Shown: positions 8,515 through 18,554, counted from the stretch's first letter. The stretch is DNA of 64,000 bases from an uncultured delta proteobacterium (GCA_963827685.1 CAWHBU010000004.1:384001-448000); one strand, 5' to 3'. Notes: generated by a model not told the origin, from the sequence alone. Program-made: numbers and translations.

Positions 8515-10346
8515 GTGCGCCACGAAGTTGCACAAGAGATGAGGGTAGGTCCCTCGGAGCCGGTTTACAGGGACAGGCTCCAAACCACCTTAAGCTGCTC
8601 TGGTCAAATGCCAGGGTGGTGAGCGTTAAGGAAAAGGCACTGTGAAAAGTGTCAGGTGAGGTTCAGGGAGGCGAGCGCAAGCGAACTACTGATGAGGTGT
8701 CGAAATGAAATTAGACGACGTCAAAACTGGTAGCTTACGGGATACCAGGATAAGTCCAGGAGAGAACCTGTTTACTGCCTGGGCGGCGTCCGGCATAGAG
8801 GTGGCGCGAACCTGAATCAGGCTCATGTGTGGAACGTGGGAACCTGTTGTCCCGATGGTAAGGGAGAAACCCAAGTGGAGGACCCACAAGGGTGAGAGTA
8901 CCGAGGCGGGGCACAGGGGCGGAATAACCCGTAGTAGCGGTGAAGTCTCGTAATGGGGATGGAGCGAAGGGGTTATATTGTCCAGCCTTATTAATTGATC
9001 AACCAGAAATGGGAGGAATCAGTGAATAAGGAGAAGCCGTTTAACATTTCCAAGAAGGTCGTATGGGAGGCATACCAACATGTAAGAGCAAACAAAGGAG
9101 CGGCGGGAGTAGATTTGGAATCGATTGCGGATTTTGAGAAGGATCTGAAGGGGAATCTGTATAAGATTTGGAATCGGATGTCGTCAGGCAGTTATTTCCC
9201 TCCACCGGTAAGGGCAGTAGTGATACCGAAGGACAAAGGAGGTCAGAGGGTATTGGGAGTTCCAACAGTTGCGGATCGAGTTGCCCAGATGGTTGTCAAG
9301 ATCTACCTTGAACCCAAAGTGGAGCCGATTTTTCATAGTGACTCTTATGGCTACCGGCCAGGGAAATCAGCGATTGAGGCGGTAGGCAGAGCGCGCGAGA
9401 GATGCTGGAGCTACGACTGGGTACTGGATTTGGACATCAAGGGGTTCTTTGACAACATCGACCACGAACTTCTCATGAAGGCGGTAAGAAAGCATACGGA
9501 CAGTAAGTGGATTTTACTATACGTAGAGAGGTGGTTAAAGGCACCGGTGCAACAACCCGATGGCACTTTGGTTCAACGGGATAGAGGAACCCCCCAAGGA
9601 GGGGTGGTGAGTCCACTACTGGCCAATCTATTTTTGCACTATGCCTTTGACGACTGGATGAGAAGGAGATATCCTGAAATCCCATTTGAGCGCTATGCTG
9701 ATGATGTGATCGTTCACTGCAAGATAGAAGCGAAAGCGAAGGAACTGAGAACGGCGATTGGAGAGAGGTTAGGGCAGTGCAAGCTGGAGCTTCATGCGGA
9801 AAAGACAAAGATAGTTTACTGCAAGGATGACAAACGGCGTGGCACCTACTCAGATGAGAAGTTTAATTTCTTGGGTTTTACTTTTCGTTCACGGTGGGCA
9901 AAGAGTCGATGGGGCAAATACTTTATCGGCTTCAGTCCGGCGATCAGTAACGAAGCAACCAAATCAATACGGAGCACTGTCAGGAGCTGGAGGCTACACC
10001 GGAGAAGTGACAAATCTTTAGGAGATCTGGCCCGGATGTATAATCCCATCATTCGGGGATGGATTAACTACTACGGCAGCTACTATAAATCTGCTCTTTA
10101 TCGAGTATTCTACCCACTCTCACGCTCTCTGATGAGATGGGCAATGCGGAAATACAAGAAGCTCAAGCCCCACGTACAGATGGCGGCCTATTGGTTAGGG
10201 CGCATTGCAAAGAGGGAACCCAATCTATTTGCCCATTGGCAAATGGGGATGCGACCGACGGCTGGACAATAAGAGCCGGATGAATCGAGAGGTTCACGTC
10301 CGGTTCCGGGAGGGCGTGGGGGTGAAATTCCCCCGCGCTACTCGAC
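8515..10346 (+). mobile_element. Group II intron (bacterial class D / RmInt1-like)
   Basis: 5' GTGCG at 8515; domain V GAGCCGGATGAATCGAGAGGTTCACGTCCGGTTC at 10273; domain VI ends CTACTCGAC at 10346; EBS1 TTACGGG (8735-8741) complements IBS1 CCCGTAA (8508-8514); EBS2 TGAAAT (8706-8711) complements IBS2 ATTTCA (8501-8506). Confidence 0.95.
9022..10272 (+). CDS. ltrA: Group II intron reverse transcriptase/maturase, no endonuclease domain
   Basis: NKGAAGVD, GTPQGGVVSPLLAN, RYADD, RGWINYY X domain; GTG start after GGGAGG. Confidence 0.95.
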   Translation: MNKEKPFNISKKVVWEAYQHVRANKGAAGVDLESIADFEKDLKGNLYKIWNRMSSGSYFPPPVRAVVIPKDKGGQRVLGVPTVADRVAQMVVKIYLEPKVEPIFHSDSYGYRPGKSAIEAVGRARERCWSYDWVLDLDIKGFFDNIDHELLMKAVRKHTDSKWILLYVERWLKAPVQQPDGTLVQRDRGTPQGGVVSPLLANLFLHYAFDDWMRRRYPEIPFERYADDVIVHCKIEAKAKELRTAIGERLGQCKLELHAEKTKIVYCKDDKRRGTYSDEKFNFLGFTFRSRWAKSRWGKYFIGFSPAISNEATKSIRSTVRSWRLHRRSDKSLGDLARMYNPIIRGWINYYGSYYKSALYRVFYPLSRSLMRWAMRKYKKLKPHVQMAAYWLGRIAKREPNLFAHWQMGMRPTAGQ

Positions 10347-10398
10347 TTGAGAAAGTTGATTGAGTGTCTAACCTGATACGGAGGTATATAATTTTTTA

Positions 10399-10441
10399 TT
10401 GACAAAGAATTTATTGTTTGGTATACATATATTATGTATAC
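10399..10441 (+). promoter_or_regulatory. Sigma70-type promoter overlapped by a palindromic operator (probable MarR autoregulation)
   Basis: TTGACA-17 bp-TATACA; inverted repeat GTATACATA-TAT-TATGTATAC at 10421-10441. Confidence 0.7.
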
Positions 10442-10943
10442 AAAATATATGAAAGGTCGGGAGATGCCTAAACAAGTGGGTCGGAATGTGGCAATTTCGG
10501 AAATAATGCAGTCTCTTCGAAGAGTCTTTAAGTCTATTCAAGATTATTCTCAAGAGGTCTCAAACAAATTTGGGATCACTGGGCCACAACTCTGGGCGCT
10601 CAAAACCATTTCTGCGAATGAAAAACTATCCCTGGGGGAATTGAGCAAGAGGATGTATTTACACCCCAGCACTATTACAGGGGTTATGGATCGTTTGGAG
10701 AAGAAAGGCTATGTGCTAAGGGATCGAGGGCAAGAAGATCGAAGGGTCATTAAAGTCCAATTGACTCCCAAGGGAAAAAGGTTGGTCAGGAGAGCACCGA
10801 ATCCTGTCCAGGGGAAGATGATTTATGGATTAAGAAAGCTGAAGAAGGAAGAATTAAAATCCATTTATGATTCAGTCGAAAAATTGGTCAAAATCGTGGA
10901 GGCCCAAAACGTGAAGGTCACTTTCTTTTTCGATCAAGAATAA
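10434..10943 (+). CDS. MarR family transcriptional regulator (start may be 10449 or 10464)
   Basis: GITGPQLWAL, LHPSTITGVMDRLEKKGYV, DRRVIKVQLTPKG. Confidence 0.93.
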   Translation: MYTKYMKGREMPKQVGRNVAISEIMQSLRRVFKSIQDYSQEVSNKFGITGPQLWALKTISANEKLSLGELSKRMYLHPSTITGVMDRLEKKGYVLRDRGQEDRRVIKVQLTPKGKRLVRRAPNPVQGKMIYGLRKLKKEELKSIYDSVEKLVKIVEAQNVKVTFFFDQE

Positions 10944-11255
10944 GTGCTAGGCTTCAATCCCGCTCATGAAATCTGGGAGGCGGGGGAGGGACGGGGACAG
11001 AGAATAGAGAAACCAAAATGGTTCTGAGAATATAAAGGCAGATGTGGAAAATAAACAAAAAAGCTGAGAGCATTGAAGGAGGCCTATTCAGATTGTCTTC
11101 ACCTCCCATGATCGAAATCAAATGTGATTTCCATGGAATCCACTTCTCTGACACAGGCCTCCTTCTTTTTCTTTACAGGATTTCATAGCAATTGTTATCC
11201 AAATATGACTTGAATAGAAAAGGTCATTCAAATCACTCATTAAAGGAGGTAGATT

Positions 11256-11834
11256 ATGGTAAGAAAAGATGTCGGTATTTTGGTCCTTATCCTCTGTCTT
11301 GGACTCATCCTAATAGGATGTCCAAAGAAAACCATGGTCAAGGAGGAGCCATCCGTTAAAAAAGAAGAAGCGGTAGCAAAGCCAGAAGCTGAACGAACAA
11401 AGGAAATGAAGGGCAAAGAAGAACAGGGTGCGAAAGAATTTGAAAAGAGTCTCGTGGCAAAGAAGGAACCAGGCATTAAGGGGGAGATCTTTGAAAGCAA
11501 ACTTCTTAAAGACATCCACTTCGACTTTGATAGGTACAATATCCGTCCGGGGGACGCAGAGATTCTGAATGAAAATGCGGCCCTGCTGAAGAAATACCCC
11601 AAGGTGAAGGTCCAGATCGAAGGACATTGTGACGAGAGGGGAACCACAGAATACAACCTTGCTCTCGGAGAGAGGCGAGCTAATAACACAAAAAAGTATC
11701 TCGTTTCCCTTGGTATTTCAGCAGGCCGTATCTCCACAATTAGCTATGGAAAAGAGAAACCTTTGGATCCAGGCCATAATGAGGAAGCATGGGCCAAAAA
11801 CCGAAGGGCTCACATTGTGGTTGTATCGAAGTAA
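11256..11834 (+). CDS. pal: Peptidoglycan-associated lipoprotein, copy 1
   Basis: Lipobox LIGC, IHFDFD, EGHCDERGTTEYNLALGERRA, WAKNRRA. Confidence 0.95.
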   Translation: MVRKDVGILVLILCLGLILIGCPKKTMVKEEPSVKKEEAVAKPEAERTKEMKGKEEQGAKEFEKSLVAKKEPGIKGEIFESKLLKDIHFDFDRYNIRPGDAEILNENAALLKKYPKVKVQIEGHCDERGTTEYNLALGERRANNTKKYLVSLGISAGRISTISYGKEKPLDPGHNEEAWAKNRRAHIVVVSK

Positions 11835-11928
11835 AAAGGTTGGATGGTCATAGGGAATTTGATCATCGAACGAGAAAGAGTTTAAAATTCTTCCATAAGA
11901 ATTGCTCGGGTTGACCGAGAAACCGTTC

Positions 11929-11961
11929 AACGGTGGCAGGGAAAAATCCTGCCACCGTTTT
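11929..11961 (+). terminator. Strong hairpin / possible intrinsic terminator between pal and clc
   Basis: AACGGTGGCAGG-GAAAAAT-CCTGCCACCGTT perfect 12-bp stem ending in a short T run. Confidence 0.6.
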
Positions 11962-11966
11962 CTCCA

Positions 11967-13787
11967 ATGTTTCCAGCGATGCCCACAGTTCAAAAATTTC
12001 TTCAGTCCTTTTCACCTGCTCGAATGAAGTTGATATGGCGCTGGATCTTCATCGGGATTCTGATCGGTGTCGTATCCGGGTTCGGAGCCATTCTTTTTAA
12101 TTTTCTTTTACAAAGAGGAACCCAATTCTTTATGAAGGACCTCATAGCCCTCATCCTTCCAGGGGAGCTCCAGAGAGTTTCCCTCCTAGGGGTTCCCCTC
12201 GCTCGTTGGATGATCCTATGGATCCCTGCCCTGGGAGGGCTCCTCTCAGGACTCCTTGTGTTCCGTTTTGCGCCCGAAGCTGAGGGGCATGGGACGGATG
12301 CAATGATTGAGAGTTTTCATCGGAAAAAGGGAATCGTTAGGAAGAGGGTCCCTATTGTTAAAACGATTGCCTCGGCTATTACTATCGGCTCAGGAGGCTC
12401 CGCGGGGAAAGAAGGCCCCATCGCCCAAATCGGTTCCGGATTTGCTTCCTTTTTAGCTTCTGTTCTGAAAATGGATGAGCACGATCGCCGAATTATGTTG
12501 CTGGCTGGAGCAGCGGGGGGGCTTGGCGCCATCTTTAAAGCCCCTTTGGGTTCGGCCCTCTTTGCTACTGAAGTGCTCTACCGAAGGCCGGAGTTCGAAT
12601 TCGAGGCGATTATCCCTTGCATCCTTTCTTCCATTGTGGGCTACACTGTTTTTACTTTCTATTATGGATGGGATACCCTCTTTCACATCCCAATGTTTAC
12701 CTTTATCCATCCTAGCGAACTCTTCTTCTATGGTGTCTTTGGAGTTTTTTGTGCGGCCGTCGGTTTCTTTTATATCCACATCTTTTATGGCATGAGGGAT
12801 CGGTTCTTCAGAAGGCTCCATGTTTCAAGGCCACTGAAGGTCGCATTGGGAGGCTTGATGCTGGGAGGGCTCGCTTTCTTTTTCCCTCAGGTACTGGGGG
12901 GAGGCTATGAGTGGATCCAATCCGCTATCGATGGAAAACTGGCAGTTGACTTGATGCTGGTGTTGGTCTTGGCCAAAATCTTCGCTACTTCCTTTACGAT
13001 TAGTTCGGGGGGGAGCGGAGGCGTTTTCGCCCCTTCCCTGTTTATAGGTTCAATGATGGGCGGTTTTTATGGAAATCTCTGCTCAAAACTGTTTCCTCAT
13101 TGGGTGATCCATCCCCATGCTTTTGTTTTGGTGGGAATGGCAGGTTTTTTCGCTGGCGTTGCAAAGGTACCCATCGCCTCCTTGATTATGATTACTGAAA
13201 TGACAGGCGGTTATAGTCTCATTGTTCCGCTGATGATAGTCTCCACCATTTCGTATCTTTTGCTAGGAGAAACTTCGCTCTACGAAAAACAGGTCTCAAT
13301 GCGCGTTGACTCCCCAGCACACACCGGAGATTTCGCCATCGACATTTTGGAGCATATTTCTGTAAAAGAGGCCCTTCCGCCAGACAGAAAAGTCGAGATG
13401 ATACCGGAAGGGATGCCTTTTGAGGAAATGATGCGGCTAATTGTAAATTCAAATCAACAGAATTTTCCTGTGGTTGATGACAGGGGGCACTTGAAAGGGA
13501 TCCTGTCATTGACAGATATGCGGAGGGTCATGCTGGAAAAAGAGCTCCATCAATTCGTCATCGCCAAAGATATTGCTACGGAGGCAGTTTTGACAGTGAC
13601 ACCGGGGGACAGCCTTAAGACCGCTTTGCAAAAGATGACCGAAGCTGAGATTCGTGAGCTACCAGTGGTAAGCAAAGAAAATCCGTGGAAGGTGATCTCT
13701 ATGCTGAGTCGAAAGGATGTCATCCGGACCTACCACGACGAGATTGAGAGACTGAAGATGGCGAGGACGAATGACTTGATAGGATGA
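11967..13787 (+). CDS. ClC chloride channel/antiporter with C-terminal CBS pair, copy 1
   Basis: GHGTDAM, GGSAGKEGP (gating Glu), GGSGGVFAPSL, CBS domains. Confidence 0.93.
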   Translation: MFPAMPTVQKFLQSFSPARMKLIWRWIFIGILIGVVSGFGAILFNFLLQRGTQFFMKDLIALILPGELQRVSLLGVPLARWMILWIPALGGLLSGLLVFRFAPEAEGHGTDAMIESFHRKKGIVRKRVPIVKTIASAITIGSGGSAGKEGPIAQIGSGFASFLASVLKMDEHDRRIMLLAGAAGGLGAIFKAPLGSALFATEVLYRRPEFEFEAIIPCILSSIVGYTVFTFYYGWDTLFHIPMFTFIHPSELFFYGVFGVFCAAVGFFYIHIFYGMRDRFFRRLHVSRPLKVALGGLMLGGLAFFFPQVLGGGYEWIQSAIDGKLAVDLMLVLVLAKIFATSFTISSGGSGGVFAPSLFIGSMMGGFYGNLCSKLFPHWVIHPHAFVLVGMAGFFAGVAKVPIASLIMITEMTGGYSLIVPLMIVSTISYLLLGETSLYEKQVSMRVDSPAHTGDFAIDILEHISVKEALPPDRKVEMIPEGMPFEEMMRLIVNSNQQNFPVVDDRGHLKGILSLTDMRRVMLEKELHQFVIAKDIATEAVLTVTPGDSLKTALQKMTEAEIRELPVVSKENPWKVISMLSRKDVIRTYHDEIERLKMARTNDLIG

Positions 13788-13860
13788 AGAAAAACATTGA
13801 ACCTCAACACGTTTATTTGTTTTCATCCGTCAAGTAAGAAGCCAAAACAGGTGAAGTACA

Positions 13861-14718
13861 TTGAAATCATTCAATCGGAGAAAGGAAGTCCTAAACAAAC
13901 TTCATCTCGCGTGGAAAGCATTAAAGAAGTTTGATGATGACCGCGGTTTTTTTCTATCCTCGGGGATCACCTTTAACCTCCTAATCTGTTTAGTCCCCCT
14001 CATGTTACTGTTTTTGTCTTTAGCCGGTATCTACCTTCACGGTGACCGAGAAGCGATGAATCATATTCGTAGTTATTTTGAAAATGCTGTTCCTGCGTTA
14101 GATCCGAGGATAATGGGGAACATCCTTAGGATCATACGGGACCGGAAAATTGTTGGGCTACTTGGCATCGGAGGGCTCATCTGGACCTCTACATGGGTTT
14201 TCAGTTCTTTGAGAAGTGCTCTTAATATTGTCTTCCAGGTGGAGAGGGGACGCGGAATCCTTCGAGGAAAGGCAATCGATCTTTTAATGATAATTTTGGT
14301 AATGGTCTTGTTACTGATGAGCATGGGTCTCACTTCAGTCATTGCCTTCATCCAACAGTACGGTTTTAGTTTTTTTGTTGATTTGAGGCCGATCACTCGT
14401 TTTATCATTAAATATCTGATTCCGTTCTTCTTCACCTATTGGATGTTCTTTTTAGTTTATAAAATCATACCCAATAAAAAAGTTCCACTTAAGTCTGCTT
14501 TTCAGGCAGCCTTCATTACCAGTCTATTCTGGGAGGTGGCAAAACAGTTATTTGGCTGGTATGTTCTGCATCTCGGAAGATTCTCTATGGTCTATGGTTC
14601 TTTAGGTATCCTTGCTATTTTTTTCTTCTGGATTTATTACTCATCAGCCATCCTACTCCTTGGAGGAGAGGTCTGCCATTTGCTGGAAAAAAGTAAAAAT
14701 GGAATCAACAATAGTTGA
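13861..14718 (+). CDS. YihY/virulence factor BrkB family membrane protein, copy 1
   Basis: Multi-TM; WEVAKQLFGWY, YGSLG, WIYYSSAILLLGGE. Confidence 0.9.
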   Translation: MKSFNRRKEVLNKLHLAWKALKKFDDDRGFFLSSGITFNLLICLVPLMLLFLSLAGIYLHGDREAMNHIRSYFENAVPALDPRIMGNILRIIRDRKIVGLLGIGGLIWTSTWVFSSLRSALNIVFQVERGRGILRGKAIDLLMIILVMVLLLMSMGLTSVIAFIQQYGFSFFVDLRPITRFIIKYLIPFFFTYWMFFLVYKIIPNKKVPLKSAFQAAFITSLFWEVAKQLFGWYVLHLGRFSMVYGSLGILAIFFFWIYYSSAILLLGGEVCHLLEKSKNGINNS

Positions 14719-14861
14719 GAAAAGCATCTCCTTTCAACCCGTTTCAGGTCTCTAGCCTCCATTCTGTCGATGATTCCTGAAATTGATCCTAGAGACCATG
14801 AAAGGACGAGCAATAATTTTTCGGAAAAAAGCTTTGAGAGATTTCAGACTGGGAGTGAAGT

Positions 14862-15047
14862 GTGGAAAAGGCCAAGAAGGGTGACAGATTTATTAAACCT
14901 TCCAAAAATAAGATTTATGTCGTAAAGAAAGTTATGCTGAAGGGTGTTTGGGTAGTCTTAAAAGAAGAAAATGGAGACCATCAGATTTTGGCATCTCAGG
15001 AAAGTCTAAGAACACGGAGAAAATGGAAAAAAGATAGAGGAGGATAA
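14862..15047 (+). CDS. Small hypothetical protein
   Basis: 61-aa ORF, GTG start after GGGAG; no family recognised. Confidence 0.45.
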   Translation: MEKAKKGDRFIKPSKNKIYVVKKVMLKGVWVVLKEENGDHQILASQESLRTRRKWKKDRGG

Positions 15048-15510
15048 TTCTCAAATCGGGGATGGCTTAATAGTCATTTTCCAAAAGCCCCTGTTTCTAA
15101 CACTTTAATCGTTCTCTCTGTTTTAGCGACTGCTACATTAACTCAACTAGGTTCTCTTATAGAAGGGCGTAGCCAAAGGAAAATTTGATGACCATGCTTC
15201 CACCTGCAACGTTTGTATAACCTAAGCAAGGATGGCATTCTTGCAGGATGATGTTGGAGCCACATTAGTGAAGTCCCTCAGAGGTCTTCTTGGGGAGCAG
15301 TGTTTTTAATCTCGGCTTTTTTATTTAAAGAAAAGGATGTTTTCATTTTAGGCTGTTAGGGTTCTAAATAAGTTCTTTTTAGTTTTTTGTGAAGCCTTAA
15401 TAGATCTCTTCTCAGGATGTACTGAAAGCTGTCAAAAAATGGGAAAGGAGGTGCTGGATATAAAGGTCTGATATTTCTACTAACCCCTAACCAAGAAAGG
15501 AGAATAGCGT

Positions 15511-16044
15511 ATGCATTACAAAAAGATCCTCGTATTAATACCTTTGTGCCTGGCCATTGGATTCTTTAGTTGTTCTAAGGAAGAAAAGAAGGTGGAGGCT
15601 CCCAAACAGGAGCAAATCACAAAGAATTTGGTCCCCCCGAAGGCTGAGCTTACGGGACAGAATTTTTCAGTGGAGCTCAGCGATCTTAAAGTGGCGATGA
15701 CTGTTGACACAGCTTCTAAAGAGATCGTCGAGACGCCAAGCCTCAAGGGTAACATAAAGATCACCAATAAATCGCAAGATATTCTGGATATCCAGGCGGT
15801 CACCCTCGAATACTTGGATGGAGCTGGGAAACCAATTGCTTTTAAATCTGGAGAGAAAGTATCGAAGGTTTCTTTGTATTTGAAGGTTACTAAGCCCGGA
15901 GAAACTACCGAAGGGTCTTTGGATGCTACAATCCCAAGGATGGCTGTCAAAGAAAAGGTTCTGGGAAAGATAGAAATCAACTTGGTCTATATCCCGTCTC
16001 CTCTTAAGCGAGAGACTTTGACTTTGCCTGAAAAGATTGAATAG
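15511..16044 (+). CDS. Hypothetical lipoprotein
   Basis: AAGGAG RBS, lipobox-like FFSC, beta-rich mature region. Confidence 0.75.
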   Translation: MHYKKILVLIPLCLAIGFFSCSKEEKKVEAPKQEQITKNLVPPKAELTGQNFSVELSDLKVAMTVDTASKEIVETPSLKGNIKITNKSQDILDIQAVTLEYLDGAGKPIAFKSGEKVSKVSLYLKVTKPGETTEGSLDATIPRMAVKEKVLGKIEINLVYIPSPLKRETLTLPEKIE

Positions 16045-16065
16045 CTCCTAATATTAAGATATTAA

Positions 16066-16756
16066 TGGCAAAAATGCCTCTCTTGTTCGTCCTTTGAAAG
16101 CGGGCTTCATACAGGGGGATAAGGTAACGGTAGAGAAACTTCTTTATGCGGTACTCATAAAATCTGCAAACGATGCTGCTGTTGCTCTTGCGGAAGCAGT
16201 AGCCGGTTCCGAAAAGGGTTTTGTCGAACTTATGAACCCAAAGGCCATATCAATCGGAGCAAAGGATACTAAATTCATAAACTCGACTGGCCTTCCAGGT
16301 CCTCACCAATATACCACAGCCTTAGACTTATCAAAAATTATGAGTTGTGTGTTGAGTTACCCCAAATTAAAAGAGATAATCGCAACCCCTGCGGCAGAAC
16401 TCTCGACAGACATAGGGGAAATCTTGTCTCTAAAAAATACGAACAAGCTTTTATGGTCGGATGGAAATCTTATAGGAGGAAAGACAGGATACACCTTCAG
16501 GGCTGGACATTGTTTTGTATGTGCAGCTGAACGGGAGAAAGAGGTAATTATTGTTGCTCTTCTTGGGAGTTCGAGCCGGGAGCATCTTTGGAAAGAGGCA
16601 GAAGCCCTTATTGATACAGGGTTCCAGATCATAGGAAATAAAAAGAGGCTGCAATCGATACACATACAAAATGGTAGGCAAAATAAAGAGTTGTCGGGTT
16701 CCTTCGGAAAATATTCAATACACGGAAGAAATAGATTCGGGCACCCTTACATTTAG
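16066..16756 (+). pseudogene. 5'-truncated D-alanyl-D-alanine carboxypeptidase (peptidase S11)
   Basis: SxN (SANDAA), NSTGL and KTG (GGKTGYT) present; signal peptide and catalytic SxxK absent. Confidence 0.8.
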
Positions 16757-16854
16757 ATCAGCCAAGAGACTTTGAGAACAGGATATGTGTTCCTGCATGG
16801 TCGTCGAATCACCGTCCCCAGATTGAAGGGTCGCTTTCAGGAGGGCTGAACCCA

Positions 16855-17448
16855 ATGAGGATCTACAAAACGTTCTCAATTTCCCTATTGGCATTTCTTT
16901 TGGTCGGCTTAAATAGCAATGCCTTTGGATGGTCATGGAGAGACTTGGAAATTGGGGTGACAACAGAAGAAGAGTTACTCAAATTCGGAGGACTACCAAA
17001 AAAGATTATTCTGCGCACCCCGGAGTACTTTAATCTGAAACAGGGAAAGCCATATTCCGCACAACTGGTATATGAGGATTCCAATCGGATCAGAGAAGAA
17101 GTAAGGCGGATAGAATCAACCGGGGGATCAACCGCATATGATCCCTGCAAAGTTCCTATTCTAATAACATTTCCTTTGCAACTATCCGAGGAGGTGGAGC
17201 ACATAAAGATAGTTTTAAGCCTGAAACATGGTAAATTATCTTTTTTTGATTATACCTTTAGTTTCTATCCGACTGGTTTTGATAAGAAAAAATATACTGC
17301 CCTATTTAATGGGCTACTTGGTAAACCCGTCCAGACTATGAAAGGAGGTGCTTTTAAGGATTCAATCTACGTAACTTATGAAGGGGATTACTCTATTAAT
17401 ATAGACCCTTCCCGAAGGGAAATTCATTTCTACAGGGGTTCGCATTAA
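16855..17448 (+). CDS. Hypothetical secreted protein
   Basis: AGGAGG RBS, signal peptide ending AFG; no family recognised. Confidence 0.7.
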   Translation: MRIYKTFSISLLAFLLVGLNSNAFGWSWRDLEIGVTTEEELLKFGGLPKKIILRTPEYFNLKQGKPYSAQLVYEDSNRIREEVRRIESTGGSTAYDPCKVPILITFPLQLSEEVEHIKIVLSLKHGKLSFFDYTFSFYPTGFDKKKYTALFNGLLGKPVQTMKGGAFKDSIYVTYEGDYSINIDPSRREIHFYRGSH

Positions 17449-17608
17449 AGCTCATTTGAATGAAAGGGGGTGAAACGAGCAGGATTGATATTTCTCCATC
17501 TTTCAGACGTAGCGGTTAGCAAGTTGTATGGTTCCATGCAAGAGAAAATCAATGTGGACGAATTGAATAGGAAAGGGCACCAGAATCATTTTTAAAAGGA
17601 GATTGACC

Positions 17609-18184
17609 ATGGTTAGAAAAAACCTCTACATTTTCATCCCTATCCTCTGTCTTGGACTCATTCTAATAGGATGTCCAAAGAAAACCGTGGTTAGGGAGGA
17701 GCCATCCGTTAAAAAGGAAGGGGTGGCAAAGCCAGAAGCTGAACGAACAAAGGAAATGAAGGCCAAAGAAGAACAAGGTGCGAAAGAATTTGAAAAGAGT
17801 CTCGTGGCAAAGAAGGAACCAGGCATTAAGGGGGAGATCTTTGAAAGCAGACTTCTTAAAGACATCCACTTCGACTTTGATAAGTACAATATCCGTCCGG
17901 GGGACGCAGAGATTCTGAATGAAAATGCGGCCCTGCTGAAGAAATACCCCAAGGTGAAGGTCCAGATCGAAGGACATTGTGACGAGAGGGGAACCACAGA
18001 ATACAACCTTGCTCTTGGAGAGAGACGGGCGAACAGCACGAAAAAGTATCTCATCTCTCTTGGCATTTCTGCAACTCGTATCTCCACAATCAGCTATGGG
18101 AAGGAGAGGCCTTTAGACACTGGCCATAATGAGGAAGCATGGGCTAAGAACCGAAGGGCTCATTTTATCATCTTATCCAAATAA
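17609..18184 (+). CDS. pal: Peptidoglycan-associated lipoprotein, copy 2
   Basis: Near-identical to 11256-11834; AAGGAG RBS before ATG 17609. Confidence 0.95.
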   Translation: MVRKNLYIFIPILCLGLILIGCPKKTVVREEPSVKKEGVAKPEAERTKEMKAKEEQGAKEFEKSLVAKKEPGIKGEIFESRLLKDIHFDFDKYNIRPGDAEILNENAALLKKYPKVKVQIEGHCDERGTTEYNLALGERRANSTKKYLISLGISATRISTISYGKERPLDTGHNEEAWAKNRRAHFIILSK

Positions 18185-18402
18185 TAAGGATACGGTGTTC
18201 TTTTTTCTGTCGGGTTTGATTTCGGAATAAGATAGCAAATCTTTAAAGACATTTGAAAAAAAAGCAAGTGTGAGCGGAAAGGCACTTTGCGTAGCAAAGG
18301 ATAGATGCGAAGGGCCGCCTCAAAGGGATTACTATTTTCCCAGGGGATATCAGGATCTTCCTCCTTATTTTTAAATAGGGAAATCTAGCCCCGATTCTCT
18401 AT

Positions 18403-18509
18403 GAAGCTCCTCGCGCACAGGGCGGGGCTTCCCGGTAATGAAACAGCATTCATGTTGTGCTCCTTGACCCCGCCTACAAGGCGGGGCTTGCGGGGCACGC
18501 TGCGATCAA
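18403..18509 (+). mobile_element. Non-autonomous palindromic mini-element (IS200/IS605-end-like), copy 1, intergenic
   Basis: Two GC hairpins including CCCCGCCTACAAGGCGGGG; homologous over its full length to the reverse complement of 60292-60399. Confidence 0.8.
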
Positions 18510-18554
18510 AAAAATGTTTTGGATTGCTATCCAAATCATAGGGTGATCTGATCA

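Noticed and set aside
8373-10372. GTTAGAC / GTTAGGA integron-like core sites flanking the intron on the minus strand
   Set aside because: No paired attC structure, no integrase, and the intron is not class C.
11835-11966. Fluoride riboswitch ahead of ClC
   Set aside because: No GGxGATGGxGTTCxCC...TRATGAC pattern; the ClC lacks the fluoride-type GNNLI/GREGT motifs.
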